Source of the DNA: Zancudomyces culisetae HAW-14-8
Taxonomy: Eukaryota; Fungi; Kickxellomycota
Direction of reading: 5' to 3'
DNA: 64,000 nt
Assembly (NCBI GenBank): GCA_052426225.1
Contig: JBNJNM010000015.1
Span: 682,001-746,000 of the forward strand
Below are positions 13,236 to 24,362 of this stretch, piece after piece. Each line of letters opens with the position of its first letter. The stretch's first letter is position 1. A model generated the notes under the pieces. That model was not told where the DNA came from and ran no database searches. It saw nothing but the letters and a program-made list of their open reading frames with translations. A program made the position numbers and the translations under genes.

Positions 13236-14279
13236 ATGAGATTCATAAGCATTGCCAGTGTTGCACTTTGTTTACTTAGTACCAGAGTGAAACCAGCGTC
13301 TCCAGGACCCAGTAGCCAGATATTTGGAAGAGGACTAACTCGAAGAGTAACAGGAGGATCTGTTGCCAACTTTGCTGATTTTCCATTTGCTGTGAGTATA
13401 CGTGTTAGTACAAATAAAAAAATAGACAATCAAGACGTTACAACCTTTTGTACAGGCGTGCTATTATCAGATGAAGTTGTGCTGACTGCAGCAAACTGCC
13501 TTTATAACCACCTTCATAAAATAGACGAGATTACTGATATTCATGTATCAGTTGGAAGTGGAAAGATAATAAGCCACACCAAAAATAGGTCTATTCAATA
13601 TAGTAAAAAAATAGTGATTCCCGAATTTAACGCTGACGTCGATAAAACTAGTAAGGTGCCTTTGATAAAAGGGATTAATAATAATCTCGCATTGATTATT
13701 TTGAATGAAAAGGTTGAGGATCCGAATGCAAAATTTGCCAAAATATATCCTGGCAAGGTAACCACCGACATGAACGTGAAAGTAGCAGGTTGGGGAACTC
13801 AAGGCTCAGAACTTTCAATCACCCCTTCTGAAGATTTATTACAGGCACCGGTAAAAATTTTAACTGCAGATGTATGCAAACAATATAACACCCTTTGGAA
13901 TGATAAGAGTCAAATTTGTACAGTAACTGAAAGAAATAAAAATGCATGTATGGGTGATCAAGGTGGCCCATTGGTGTACAAAACCGACGGTTTTGACGTA
14001 GTCGTTGGTATTGCAAGCTTTCCTGGGGTTGATAAGGATAATATAAAATGCGCAACAAATGGGTTACCTACTTATTATACGAATCTATATCACCATATTG
14101 GTTGGATATCAAAAGCTACCGGAATAAGTGAGGACAAGCTCATAGCAGGTGTACCACCATCACCACCATCACCACCATCATCGTCATTGTCAGATAAGAT
14201 ATCGCTTGACATGTTGATTCTACTTTCCCTTGGAGCCATGCTTGCCACTTTTATTTTTAGTATGAATATATTTGCTTAA
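13236..14279 (+). CDS. Secreted or membrane-anchored trypsin-like (S1) serine protease homolog, catalytically inactive
   Basis: Signal peptide MRFISIASVALCLL, activation motif R|VTGG, FCTGVLLSDEVVLTAANC, VAGWG, CMGDQGGPLV, Pro/Ser linker and hydrophobic C-terminus. TATATAAA at 13073. Confidence 0.88.
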   Translation: MRFISIASVALCLLSTRVKPASPGPSSQIFGRGLTRRVTGGSVANFADFPFAVSIRVSTNKKIDNQDVTTFCTGVLLSDEVVLTAANCLYNHLHKIDEITDIHVSVGSGKIISHTKNRSIQYSKKIVIPEFNADVDKTSKVPLIKGINNNLALIILNEKVEDPNAKFAKIYPGKVTTDMNVKVAGWGTQGSELSITPSEDLLQAPVKILTADVCKQYNTLWNDKSQICTVTERNKNACMGDQGGPLVYKTDGFDVVVGIASFPGVDKDNIKCATNGLPTYYTNLYHHIGWISKATGISEDKLIAGVPPSPPSPPSSSLSDKISLDMLILLSLGAMLATFIFSMNIFA

Positions 14280-14692
14280 GTGCTTTTCTGTTTAACAAGG
14301 AGCTTGTATTTACGTCTAAATTGTTTATGATTTTTAAAGCTATCCATCAAGATGATAATCTTGAAACTTTAATAAACCAGTAAAATACACGTAGCTTGAT
14401 ATTTGCTGTTTGTAGAGCATAAATAATCACACAAAAAATATTTTAGATTGTGAAAATGATATTAAACTGCATAGATACTAAGAGAGGACAGGCTACAACC
14501 CAAACATATTAACTATAAGCTAAGGAATAGGGGAGAAAAACAAAGAATAGAGAGGGAGGATATCAAGTATGATAGTATTATTATTTTATTTAAAGTTTAT
14601 GTTGTTCAATAATATTACTATTAGAAAGAAGTAAGATCTAAAGAGTGCATCTAACACATTATTTAAAAGGGTAAAGATCTAAAACCTAGAAC

Positions 14693-15205
14693 TTAGGTTC
14701 TTCTAACCATGAGCCAAGCAAATGAGACAGCTCTTCTTCCTACAACTTTGGGTATACTTCTGATGGTCTTAGATGATGATCTACGGACCACTTGGCATCT
14801 ACCGGTACAATCCTTTCCTCCACAGACCATAATAACTCCCATTCCTGGTTTTTTCAACCCGCTCTTTCTTCCGAGCTTGATTGATCCAAACTTTCTTGTG
14901 TTGTAGCACTTTCCAAATCTAATATTGCGCTTAGCATATCTTCTACTAAATTTCGGAGACTTGTACAACCTAACAGTAGTTTTAATACATCTACAGCGAT
15001 GATGGTGACACATGTCATTGAACTCAGAACCAGCAATCTTGTTGTATCCAGAACCAGCGATATTATTTAATTGAGAACCAGCAACCTTGTTGTTTTTAGA
15101 ACTAGCAATATTATTGTTATGATTCTGTTCGGAATTGCGGATGTTCACCGCACTGGCAAAAGTAGAACTGAGGAGTAAGACACTAATTTAGGCTGACTTG
15201 AACAT
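14693..15205 (-). pseudogene. Small cationic Cys-rich secreted protein with an in-frame TAA in its signal peptide
   Basis: ATG at 15205 reads MFKSA*ISVLLLSSTFASA|VNIRNS in frame with ORF 14693-15148; the TAA is at 15190-15188. Short NxIAGS-type repeats precede a K/R-rich Cys domain. Confidence 0.65.
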
Positions 15206-16145
15206 TTTGGCTACTGTTTTTGCTTTTTTTCCCTTTTGGAATGATTTTTGTGTACAACGTTTTTTTTATAAACTGAATGGAAAAAAAAGCCTTACGCTTA
15301 TATACTTTTGAAAAGGGTGATGAGTGGGATTTTAGTTTATTTTGTATATTAGTATAAAAAAACAACAGATTAATATACCTAGTGTTCAGACTATTGTTGA
15401 TAATGAATACTTTCTTCGATAGAATGATACCACACAACATAGATATAAAGTATGGGGATATGGTACAACTGAAAGATCATAATTTGCATGAGACCAGACC
15501 AGCATTAATGAGCTTAAAAGTTAATGTGGCATCTTGTACAAATAAAAAAAGTGTATTTTGCTGTATTGGAGAACACATATTCTACATTAATAACATCTAG
15601 TATTTTCTTATATAAAAAGAACATGGTTATGTATATTACTGGAAAACAAAGCCGGGCTAGTTCGTGTTCAATTTAAAAGAAAAGTAAGTCTTGGTAGTTT
15701 ATGAAAACATTGCGAGATTCTGGTAGAGTCTCTTATTTCCCGTTTCACTTTTGTGTGGTGTGTGTGGGAATATATCTACTTTGGAGGTTAATTCTATTAT
15801 AAAGGAATCAGAACCAAAATGCTCCAAAGAACTTTGAACACTGGTATTTTTATTTAATCTCTTCTTTTTTCCCTTTTGAGGGCTTTTGAATTATTGTTAT
15901 TATATTAAGAACTACTGGATGCTATAATGCTATTTATTAGATCTGGAACGCACCATTTTACCTTTATTTTATTTTCGGTATTTGTAGGATGTAGTACATC
16001 CTGAGTATATAGTGGGTACAAAATATTAACAACGTGGGGTTTCTACTAATTTGGCAAGTCGAGGCTTAGAAATGTTTATAGCCACAGCGTATTAAAAAGC
16101 TTGGAAAGGGGGTTTGGAAGAGAAGAGAAGAGAGGGTGTGTGTGT

Positions 16146-16163
16146 GGGGGGGGGGGGGGGGGG
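16146..16163 (+). repeat. poly-G tract (18 G)
   Basis: Directly visible; follows a (GT)n run. Confidence 0.9.
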
Positions 16164-16919
16164 TATTGATGATAAAACCAAAAAAAAAGCGTGTAAAAGT
16201 TGATTTGAAGATGATGAATTTGCAGTAATGGTATTCATTTTAATGACATTTCATCATTTTTATTTTTTTATTTTTTGCTATTCCTTTGGCTTCAAAGTGC
16301 TAGAATAAATAAATATTTAAATATTTTTCCTCGCTGTAACTTCCTTCTCTCTCTTTTTTTTTAACGCTAACGATACACTGTGCCTTGGGCTTGAAAGTGC
16401 TATCGTAGTAAAAAACTTTTAATTTTTTCCCACAACTGTTCTTACAATAACAATGATTGATCATCTTTTTTGTATTTGATTTTTCCCATGACCTTGATAT
16501 TTTTAGATATAGCAGGTATACTTAGGCCTAAACTTATAAAACGGGAATTCGACCTGTTGAATTCCCAGAGTTTATAACGCTTTCTAACTGCTTATTTTAA
16601 AGATACTTTTCAAAATATCTGCATCTTTTCTTGATAGCAAAAAAAAAGCAGTTGTACATTTATTCTTAAAGGTTTTGCATAGCTGTGAGATGGTTTCAAC
16701 TTTATTAAAAGAGTATGAAGACTAAATAAAAAAGTATATATACCCATCCCTTAGATAGGATGATACAGTTTCCTCATACAAGTATCCCAGAGTAAAGACT
16801 CTAAAATAAAGATATTATAGTTGTACTTATATACCAATACACAGCACTATTGGTGTAATACACTAACAACTGAAAGATTATAAGCATTACTATTCTGCAA
16901 GGCAAAAAAAAAAAGAGAA

Positions 16920-17840
16920 ATGCAAAACGAAATATCTGCAGCTTACATAGCTAGAAGGCATGGGGCTAGAAACGATGCCATGAACATTCTAAAGGACGGG
17001 AAAATGTTTATATATAAAAAATCAAGCGATGATGTAATCGAGCCAGATTTTTTTGTGAATGTTGAATGGCATCATGCAAGGTATGCAAGCGAGGTAAACC
17101 ACTTGCTTGGGTTTAGGATGTCAGAATGCATAACTCCTATTACACACACCATACTCGATGAGATGAACAATATACTCGGGTTTATCCAGCAATTAAAACC
17201 AAGACCGGTGCCACAAGATGAGTCTTCTGACGAAGAACGCTCGCTCCCACCACATAATCCGCTATCTATTTGGAACGTCTTTAATACAATCGGATTGTAT
17301 GCATTCACCATCTCTGTGACGGAAATGGAGAGTGGTGTGAGGACAGTTGTTTTCAACTACAGATTTAGACACTTGCTTGCAAGCACCGTCTCAAATTCCG
17401 AGATACCCAGTGCACCTATCAGACTTTATGCTGCAGATGAGGATAGTTCCTTTGGAAATTGCTCTTTTATTGATGATTTGGGGTACAATATAAGAACATC
17501 TGATAGCAGAACGCTTGTGGATGGTGTGGAGAGTAACAGCGATGGATCAAGTTCTGATGGTTGTGAAGAACACTTGGTTTTTACTACTGAAACCCGCAGA
17601 ATGATGGCAATATTGACAATGGATACGCACTACAATAATACCGTTATTCATTTTAACCAGGATTTTAGAATAAGAGGGTACAGTAGCCTGATACAACCAT
17701 CATACTATGACAACATTGGAGAGTGTCCATTTCCCAGAGGCGAACAGGAACTAAGCACTTTGGAACAAAGAGCCGCCATCTTTTCGCTTGCTTTTTATAA
17801 GGAGTTATTCTATATTATGCGTGAGGAATATTGTAGTTAG
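16920..17840 (+). CDS. Hypothetical 306-aa protein, possibly a remote scramblase/Tubby-C-like fold
   Basis: Uninterrupted 306-codon ORF. C-terminal LSTLEQRAAIFSLAF recalls the terminal helix of scramblase-family proteins (weak). Confidence 0.7.
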   Translation: MQNEISAAYIARRHGARNDAMNILKDGKMFIYKKSSDDVIEPDFFVNVEWHHARYASEVNHLLGFRMSECITPITHTILDEMNNILGFIQQLKPRPVPQDESSDEERSLPPHNPLSIWNVFNTIGLYAFTISVTEMESGVRTVVFNYRFRHLLASTVSNSEIPSAPIRLYAADEDSSFGNCSFIDDLGYNIRTSDSRTLVDGVESNSDGSSSDGCEEHLVFTTETRRMMAILTMDTHYNNTVIHFNQDFRIRGYSSLIQPSYYDNIGECPFPRGEQELSTLEQRAAIFSLAFYKELFYIMREEYCS

Positions 17841-18690
17841 TTTGTTTAACATTTTAACTGATGCAATTTTCGATATTTATTAATACAATCGGAGTTTTAT
17901 TTTTATCTTTACCATCAAATACAACTTTTTGTCTTTATCTTTTTCTTTCAGACTTGATATTGGTAGTCCCAAGAAAGGTACGATAGTTGCCGCACCTGAT
18001 GTTGTGAAATGGGAAAATATTAAAATAAAATCAAGACAGTAGGTCCTAAATAATTTTTTTTGTGAAACACACTCTTGTTTTCTTATGAAAAAAGCATGTA
18101 TGTAGGGCATTATAAGTTTAATAGACTGAGGTTAAATACTTTTAGATGGGTATATAGACATTTGCATAAAGGTGTTTGTTTTGCGTATCTGTGTGAAACT
18201 GCGTGGTGGATTTGAGTTTAAGTTATGAATATCCCGCTCCCCAATCACAATAATTCAGAGATACAAAATAAAATAAATAAAAAAAGTCGTCTGATTTTTG
18301 GTTTTTTTGAAATTCGAAATTTGGGCAAATTAGCAACTCGTTCTGTTGTTATTTGGCATATTTTTCGCTCCAAAAATTTTTATCAGGTATTATATTTTAG
18401 GCATAATTATTTTTATTTTGTCAATTTTTTTTAACATATAAATAAAATGGCCTGCAAATAAAAATACATATACGAAACACTGAAAAAAAAAAGTGATAAA
18501 TCTGGCAAATGAGAGATATCAAAACACTTTAGAAATCCTGCACATTCTAGCAAATAAACAATCCTAGTTGACCTGCAATTTTTTCCATTATCTAGTTATC
18601 TATTTTTTTTAATATAACTTTTATTTTCAACTTTTTTAAAAAAAAACCAAATCGAATACATTGGTAATAATCGATAAAGAAAAAGACAAA

Positions 18691-19377
18691 ATGATGAGAT
18701 TCAACAACTTGATTTCAAGATCTGTCAGACAGAATCAAAGATTGATCAGAGGTGGTGCCCACGACTTCCCAGCTCCTAACGGCATGGTAAGTACTTTTGC
18801 CGTCATTTTTCCCATCTATATTAGCATTTGCATTTGCATTTAATTTGGATTGCAAATGTAACTTGCAGTTGCTAATATGTTTTTACAATGCTCCTGGGAA
18901 CATTTCTGTACCATGTTCAACTACTACAGAGTATTAGTAGCTATAATAACAATTGATATACAAATATGTTAGAACCTTCCATTCAACACCCAAAAGAAAG
19001 GCTTCAAATACGTTTTTATCACATTTGCAACTCTACCTGCTATCCTCACTGCTACTGGTACGTCTTTTATTCTTATTACCGTTACACTTGATATACATGT
19101 TCAAGAATATATGTTTTAAAGCTCGAAATAATTTATATCTTTTAATTGTGTTGCTGTTCCATCATCATAACAAACAACTTGACTTGAATTTTTGTTATGA
19201 ACTAAATAGCCTACTGGTTCCAAGTGTAAGTCTTGACTCATCTCGTTTATATTATTTTATCCGCGATCGCTGTGCTGTCGAACCTGGACGAAACAAGGTA
19301 TCATGATATTTTTTATGTGTATATATGCTAACTTTTTGTATTGTACCTATAGTGAACGAAAGGCCGTAAAGAACTAA
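18691..19377 (+). CDS. COX8: Cytochrome c oxidase subunit VIIc (yeast Cox8 family); exons 18691-18786, 18973-19057, 19210-19225, 19353-19377
   Basis: Three GT-AG introns (GCTAAC branch site at 19327) give 73 aa: MMRFNNLISRSVRQNQRLIRGGAHDFPAPNGMNLPFNTQKKGFKYVFITFATLPAILTATAYWFQVERKAVKN. It has an Arg-rich presequence, the H..G.NLPF motif, one TM helix and a WxQ tail. Confidence 0.85.
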
Positions 19378-20923
19378 GACTTTTTACCCGAACACATGAT
19401 TATTTCATTTAATACTTTTGATCAAATCTTGAGTTTTAAGTTGAATTTTAAAGAAGCCGACTTCATTTTCTTTTATTTTTCGAGATGGAATATTGATTAA
19501 TAAAAAAGTATTAGTGCTTGACGTAAAATTTTGCTTGTGTTATTTGTCCATCAAAAGTCACATCACAATAATTCCACATGATTCGCATTTGAAAATACGA
19601 CTATAGTCGAAGAATGAGTGGTTTAATTTAAACTATCTATTGCTAGATTTGTGCGGCAAAAGAGTATGTTGTCGTTGTTGTTGCTGAAACGGAGTTTAAA
19701 CGAAGAGAATCTATCACTATTGCCCGCACTAAAGTCTCTTCAAATAAGATGTGGTTTTTTATCTTTTATTTTTTATTTTTTTGTACTCACATTTGAACTA
19801 GAAAGTAGTAGATGCAAGAGTAAATAATACCTGTCAGTATATTGGGAGATTGAAAGGGTACGAGTATTGTGTAAGGGTGAAAATATCAGGATGAAAGACA
19901 TATCACCTAGAGTGTATCAGATTTTGTGTATCTTTTTCATTCTCATGTTAGTTACCATGTAAATGGAATAAAGTTTACGAAATAATTTGTTTACGTGGAA
20001 ATTAAGCAGCAGAAAGAAGAAAATAAAAAAAAAAGATGTTATGGATCTTGTAAAATCTATTGTGTTTTCATCATTTTATTTGCTACAAAGTTTATTCCAT
20101 CTTTTGCAATCTGTTTTAACATTTTTTTTTGTTTGAAATAATGGACATGGTTTATTGATTCCTTGAGCCGAATTATTAATAAGTTGGTTTTGAAATCAAA
20201 AAAATAAATAAAAATAAAAAAAAGGGGCAAAATGGCGAAAGAAGGAAATGGAAGGGAAATTTTTTGTATTTTTCTCTAAATGGAAAGAAATTGAGAAAAA
20301 AAACAGAAAGAAAATGGAGAATGCAATATCTGTACTTTATAGTTTGGCCTTTTTCAAAAGTCGTACTTGGATGATCTACTATACGAGTGGGTGAAAATGA
20401 TGAAAGAAAGGAAGGTTGAAAGTTAGGGATTAGAATCTAAAGACTGTTTTGTTTTGGTTCCATTCACTTTTAATGTTTGGTTCCACCATTACAAGTTGAC
20501 AATACCTTTTAAGACACTAATTTATGTTGCATCACATTTTTTTTATTTCATTTTTGGTTAGCCGAATGAATCGCTCTTTGTAATTTTTATGTAATAATCA
20601 GCGAAATGGAAATAAATAGAATCTAAAAATCCTAGAAATAATTGATAGTTTATTAGAAATTCTGTTTAGTTCCTCATTGAAAAAGTATATAAACAGATAT
20701 TGATATATCGCCAAAGTATATACCATTTCAAAAAGAGAAGGAAAAAAATAGAGGTAAATAAACGTACAAATAATGCTAACAGACTAGTTTTCTGTGTTTG
20801 TTATACAAACATATAAAGTATTGACCTAGACTCGTTTTTAAATTTCAACATCCAAGCAGAACTTTACTAACTCCTCCAACAATAAATAAACTATATGTAG
20901 ATTGCATTAAATCCAGCAAAAAC

Positions 20924-22774
20924 ATGAAAGTAAGTCTATATTCACTGAGCGGGCTAGCACTAGCGTTGCTGTTTTCAAAGAAGGTGAGAGGTGAAGTGTA
21001 CTATGAAGAGGATTTCAGCGCAAAGGATAGTGTTGACAAATGGGTAAAGACCGGAACTCGAGAGGATGTTGGTAAGATTGAGAGGTCGCCTGGAAAGTGG
21101 TTCAGTGATGAAGAGGCATCACAGGGGTTGAGACTTACAGAGGATTATCGATTTTACCAGTACACAACAAAGCTGGACAAGCCATTTTCCAACAAAGGAA
21201 AGGACTTGGTGGTACAATTTACCGTCAAGTATGAGCAGGAGATAGATTGTGGTGGTGCGTACTTGAAGTTGTTGCCACCAACTCTGGATCCCAAGGAGTT
21301 TAACGGGGATTCTAAATACGGGATAATGTTTGGACCCGATATTTGTGGTTCAGAAAAGCGAATGGTACACGCAATATTGAACCACAAGGACAAGAACGTG
21401 GATATGAAGCCACAGGTACATGCTCGAACAGACCAACTGACACACCAGTATACACTTTGGTTGAAGAAGAACAAGACATTTGAGCTTATCATTGATAACC
21501 AAGTGCAGAAAAACGGAACAATTGAGGATTTCTGGAATGTTGCACTGCCGAAAACCATTTTAGACGAAAATGACAAGAAACCAGAGGACTGGGTGGACGA
21601 AAAGGAGATCTATGACCCTGAGGACAAGAAGCCCGAGGATTGGGTTGACGAGCCTGAGCAAATTGCAGATCCCGAGGCCACAAAGCCAGAGGACTGGGAT
21701 GATGAGTTGGATGGTGACTGGGAACCTAGCATGATTCCAAACCCCAAATTCAAGGTATGGGAGCAGCGCAGGATTCCCAACCCAGATTACATTGGGGAGT
21801 GGAAGCAAAAGACAATTCCAAACCCTGATTATGTAGAGGACAAGTCGCTCGCAGTATATGACATTGGATATATTGGGTTGGATATCTGGACAGTCAAGAG
21901 CGGAACAATTTTTGATAACATTCTTTTGACAGATGATATTGAGTATGCTCGCAAGTTTGGTGAAGAGAAATGGTCAGATCATGTGAGTAAAGAAATTGAA
22001 GTCAAGAAAGCAATTGATGAAGAGCAGAAAAAGAAAAACGAAGAGATGATGGCAAAAATGCAAAAGGAACATGAAGAGGAAATGAAGAAAAAGGAGCAAG
22101 AAGAGAAGGAAAAGGAAGAGACAAAGGAGGGAGAGAAAGAGGAAAAGAAAGACGGTGAGGCTGCTTCAGAACATGATTTGGATGATGATTTGGAAAAGGA
22201 TGTAGCTAAAGAGGCCAAAAAACTTGTAGATGAATCAGAACAACCAAAGGCTGAGAAGGAGGAGGAGAAGGAGGGAGACAAAGTCGATGCAGAGAAAGAA
22301 AAGGAGCAAGAAAAGGAAATTGATGATGAAGAAAAAGAAGAAAAGAAAGAGGAAAAGAAGGAAGAAGAAGAGGAAAAGAAGGAAGAAGAAGAGAAAGAGG
22401 AAAAGGAAGAAAAGAAGGAGGAAAAGAAGGAAGAAGAAGAGAAAGAAGAAAAGAAAGAGGAAAAGAAGGAAGAAGAAGAGAAAGAAGAAAAGAAGGAAGA
22501 AGAAGAGAAAGAAGAAAAGAAAGAGGAAAAGAAGGAAGAAGAAGAGAAAGAAGAAAAGAAAGAGGAAAAGAAGGAAGAAGAAGAGAAAGAAGAAAAGGAA
22601 GAAGAGAAAGAGGAAAAGAAGGAAAAGAAAGAGGAAAAGAAGGAAAAGAAAGAGGAAAAGAAGAAAGAGTCTGTATCACCATCTGATAAGGTCGAAGTTG
22701 AGACAGATGCTGATGCTGAGGTTGAAACAGAAGCTGAGGAATCCAAAAAGTCAGCAGATAAGGACGAACTTTAG
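20924..22774 (+). CDS. CALR: Calreticulin with an extended E/K tail and KDEL
   Basis: Signal peptide, QFTVKYEQEIDCGGAYLKL, IMFGPDICG, P-domain KPEDWD repeats, WTVKSGTIFDNIL, no TM helix, C-terminal KDEL. Confidence 0.96.
   Translation: MKVSLYSLSGLALALLFSKKVRGEVYYEEDFSAKDSVDKWVKTGTREDVGKIERSPGKWFSDEEASQGLRLTEDYRFYQYTTKLDKPFSNKGKDLVVQFTVKYEQEIDCGGAYLKLLPPTLDPKEFNGDSKYGIMFGPDICGSEKRMVHAILNHKDKNVDMKPQVHARTDQLTHQYTLWLKKNKTFELIIDNQVQKNGTIEDFWNVALPKTILDENDKKPEDWVDEKEIYDPEDKKPEDWVDEPEQIADPEATKPEDWDDELDGDWEPSMIPNPKFKVWEQRRIPNPDYIGEWKQKTIPNPDYVEDKSLAVYDIGYIGLDIWTVKSGTIFDNILLTDDIEYARKFGEEKWSDHVSKEIEVKKAIDEEQKKKNEEMMAKMQKEHEEEMKKKEQEEKEKEETKEGEKEEKKDGEAASEHDLDDDLEKDVAKEAKKLVDESEQPKAEKEEEKEGDKVDAEKEKEQEKEIDDEEKEEKKEEKKEEEEEKKEEEEKEEKEEKKEEKKEEEEKEEKKEEKKEEEEKEEKKEEEEKEEKKEEKKEEEEKEEKKEEKKEEEEKEEKEEEKEEKKEKKEEKKEKKEEKKKESVSPSDKVEVETDADAEVETEAEESKKSADKDEL
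22328..22669 (+). repeat. 342-nt pure-purine coding tandem repeat (~39-nt / EEKKEEKKEEEEK unit)
   Basis: No C or T between 22328 and 22669. Confidence 0.9.
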
Positions 22775-23457
22775 AAAAACATTAGTTTAGGGGCAAAATC
22801 ATACACTATTTCATAGCCTTTTTTCATTTTTAAAATAAATACTGAATAAAACATAAGAAAATAAAACATGATACATAAAACAAAACAAAAGCCTCACGTT
22901 GTTTGGAGGGGGAGGGGAAGAGAGAGAATAATTAGGAATTGATATAACATATTTCAATGAAAAGCATCGTGTATAAGTTGAACGTTTTTATGGAGATGTC
23001 AAGGTAAAGTGTAATGATTGATAAGTATTTGAAATATATACAACTCAATCCTAGTAACAAAGTATTTTACACGAATTAGTGAATAAAAACGTATACCAGG
23101 TATTGTATAAAATGAATACTGTTCAGTTTTCAAACTTGGGATGATTTGATGAATAAATAATTGAGATATCTTATTAACAATGATGTAATTGTCCAGTAAA
23201 ATAATCACTAAAAAAAAAAAGAAAAACAATAAAGAAATGAAAGATTAAGTTTAGATACTTTTTATTTTATTTTATTTTATTTAATTTAATTTAATTTAAT
23301 TTGAATTAAGCTTTTTTGTTTTTATTTTACTTGTTTGATTGATTGAGATCTAGTAAAGATGATTGTGGAAAATAAATGATGTGTAAATGTCAGAGGAGAA
23401 AAAAAAAAGACAATGGTAAAGTCTAAGGCAAAGTCTAAGGAAATGGAAAAAAGTAAA

Positions 23458-23510
23458 GAAAAAGAAAAAGAAAAAGAAAAAGAAAAAGAAAAAGAAAAAG
23501 AAAAAGAAAA
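23458..23510 (+). repeat. (GAAAAA)n hexanucleotide microsatellite
   Basis: About 8 tandem units. Confidence 0.9.
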
Positions 23511-24362
23511 GAGGGAAAGGGAGAGTAAGAGATATGAGTAAAGGGGAGTTATTATATATTTTAATAGTAAAATCAGAAAGACAAAGAATGAATGTAGAGA
23601 GTGCGTGTGAGTGAGAGAGAGGAAAAAAAAAACGGTTTGTTTGTTCATTACCAAAAATGAAATCTAACTAGTCAAAAAAAAAGAAAGAAAAAGAAAGCTT
23701 AGATTTCACTTGTTATTTGCCAAAAACAAAAAACAAACAATCACATGTATAATACGAAAAGTCTTGGTCAAAAAAAAAAAGAGAGAAAAAAAAAGAGAAA
23801 AAAAACGAGTATTTAAAAACCAAAACAATGTTTCTTTGTGATTATCAAAATTGGTTGGGCAAAACTAGAAACTACAAGCTAAACTTTGCAAAGTTTTAGT
23901 AGAGTTTTCGTTTATTTATCTGTTTATTTATTTTGTTTTTTTAGTTTTAATTTTTCCACTGTACACGGAATACCTTTTTTTAAATAATAAGAAAATTTTA
24001 ATTGTGGAAAATAGAATTAAATAAAAAAAAATATTACCCATCAGTAAAATAAAATAAAATAAAAAATATTATTATGGAATATACAAGCAAAAACAAACTA
24101 GTCTTTTCTTTGAAAAAAATTAAAAGTTTAATGATTAAAATTGCAGAGTTCAAACTCAAACAAAAGAATAAGCAAAAAAAAAATAATACAATAATTAGTG
24201 ATAGAGCAATGAACATTATAATTTTTAATCAGACACTCACATGAATACTACCACTACTACTACTAATAATACTAGAACCAAATAACTGATAAAAAAAAAT
24301 AAAAAAAAGAAGCAGAAAGAACAGGATTGAATTGAACAGAATAGAAAAAGTAAAAGAAAATA

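Noticed and set aside
21979-22790. Ser/Phe-rich antisense and Lys/Arg-rich shifted ORFs over the calreticulin tail
   Set aside because: A pure-purine repeat cannot contain stops in any frame, so these are artefacts.
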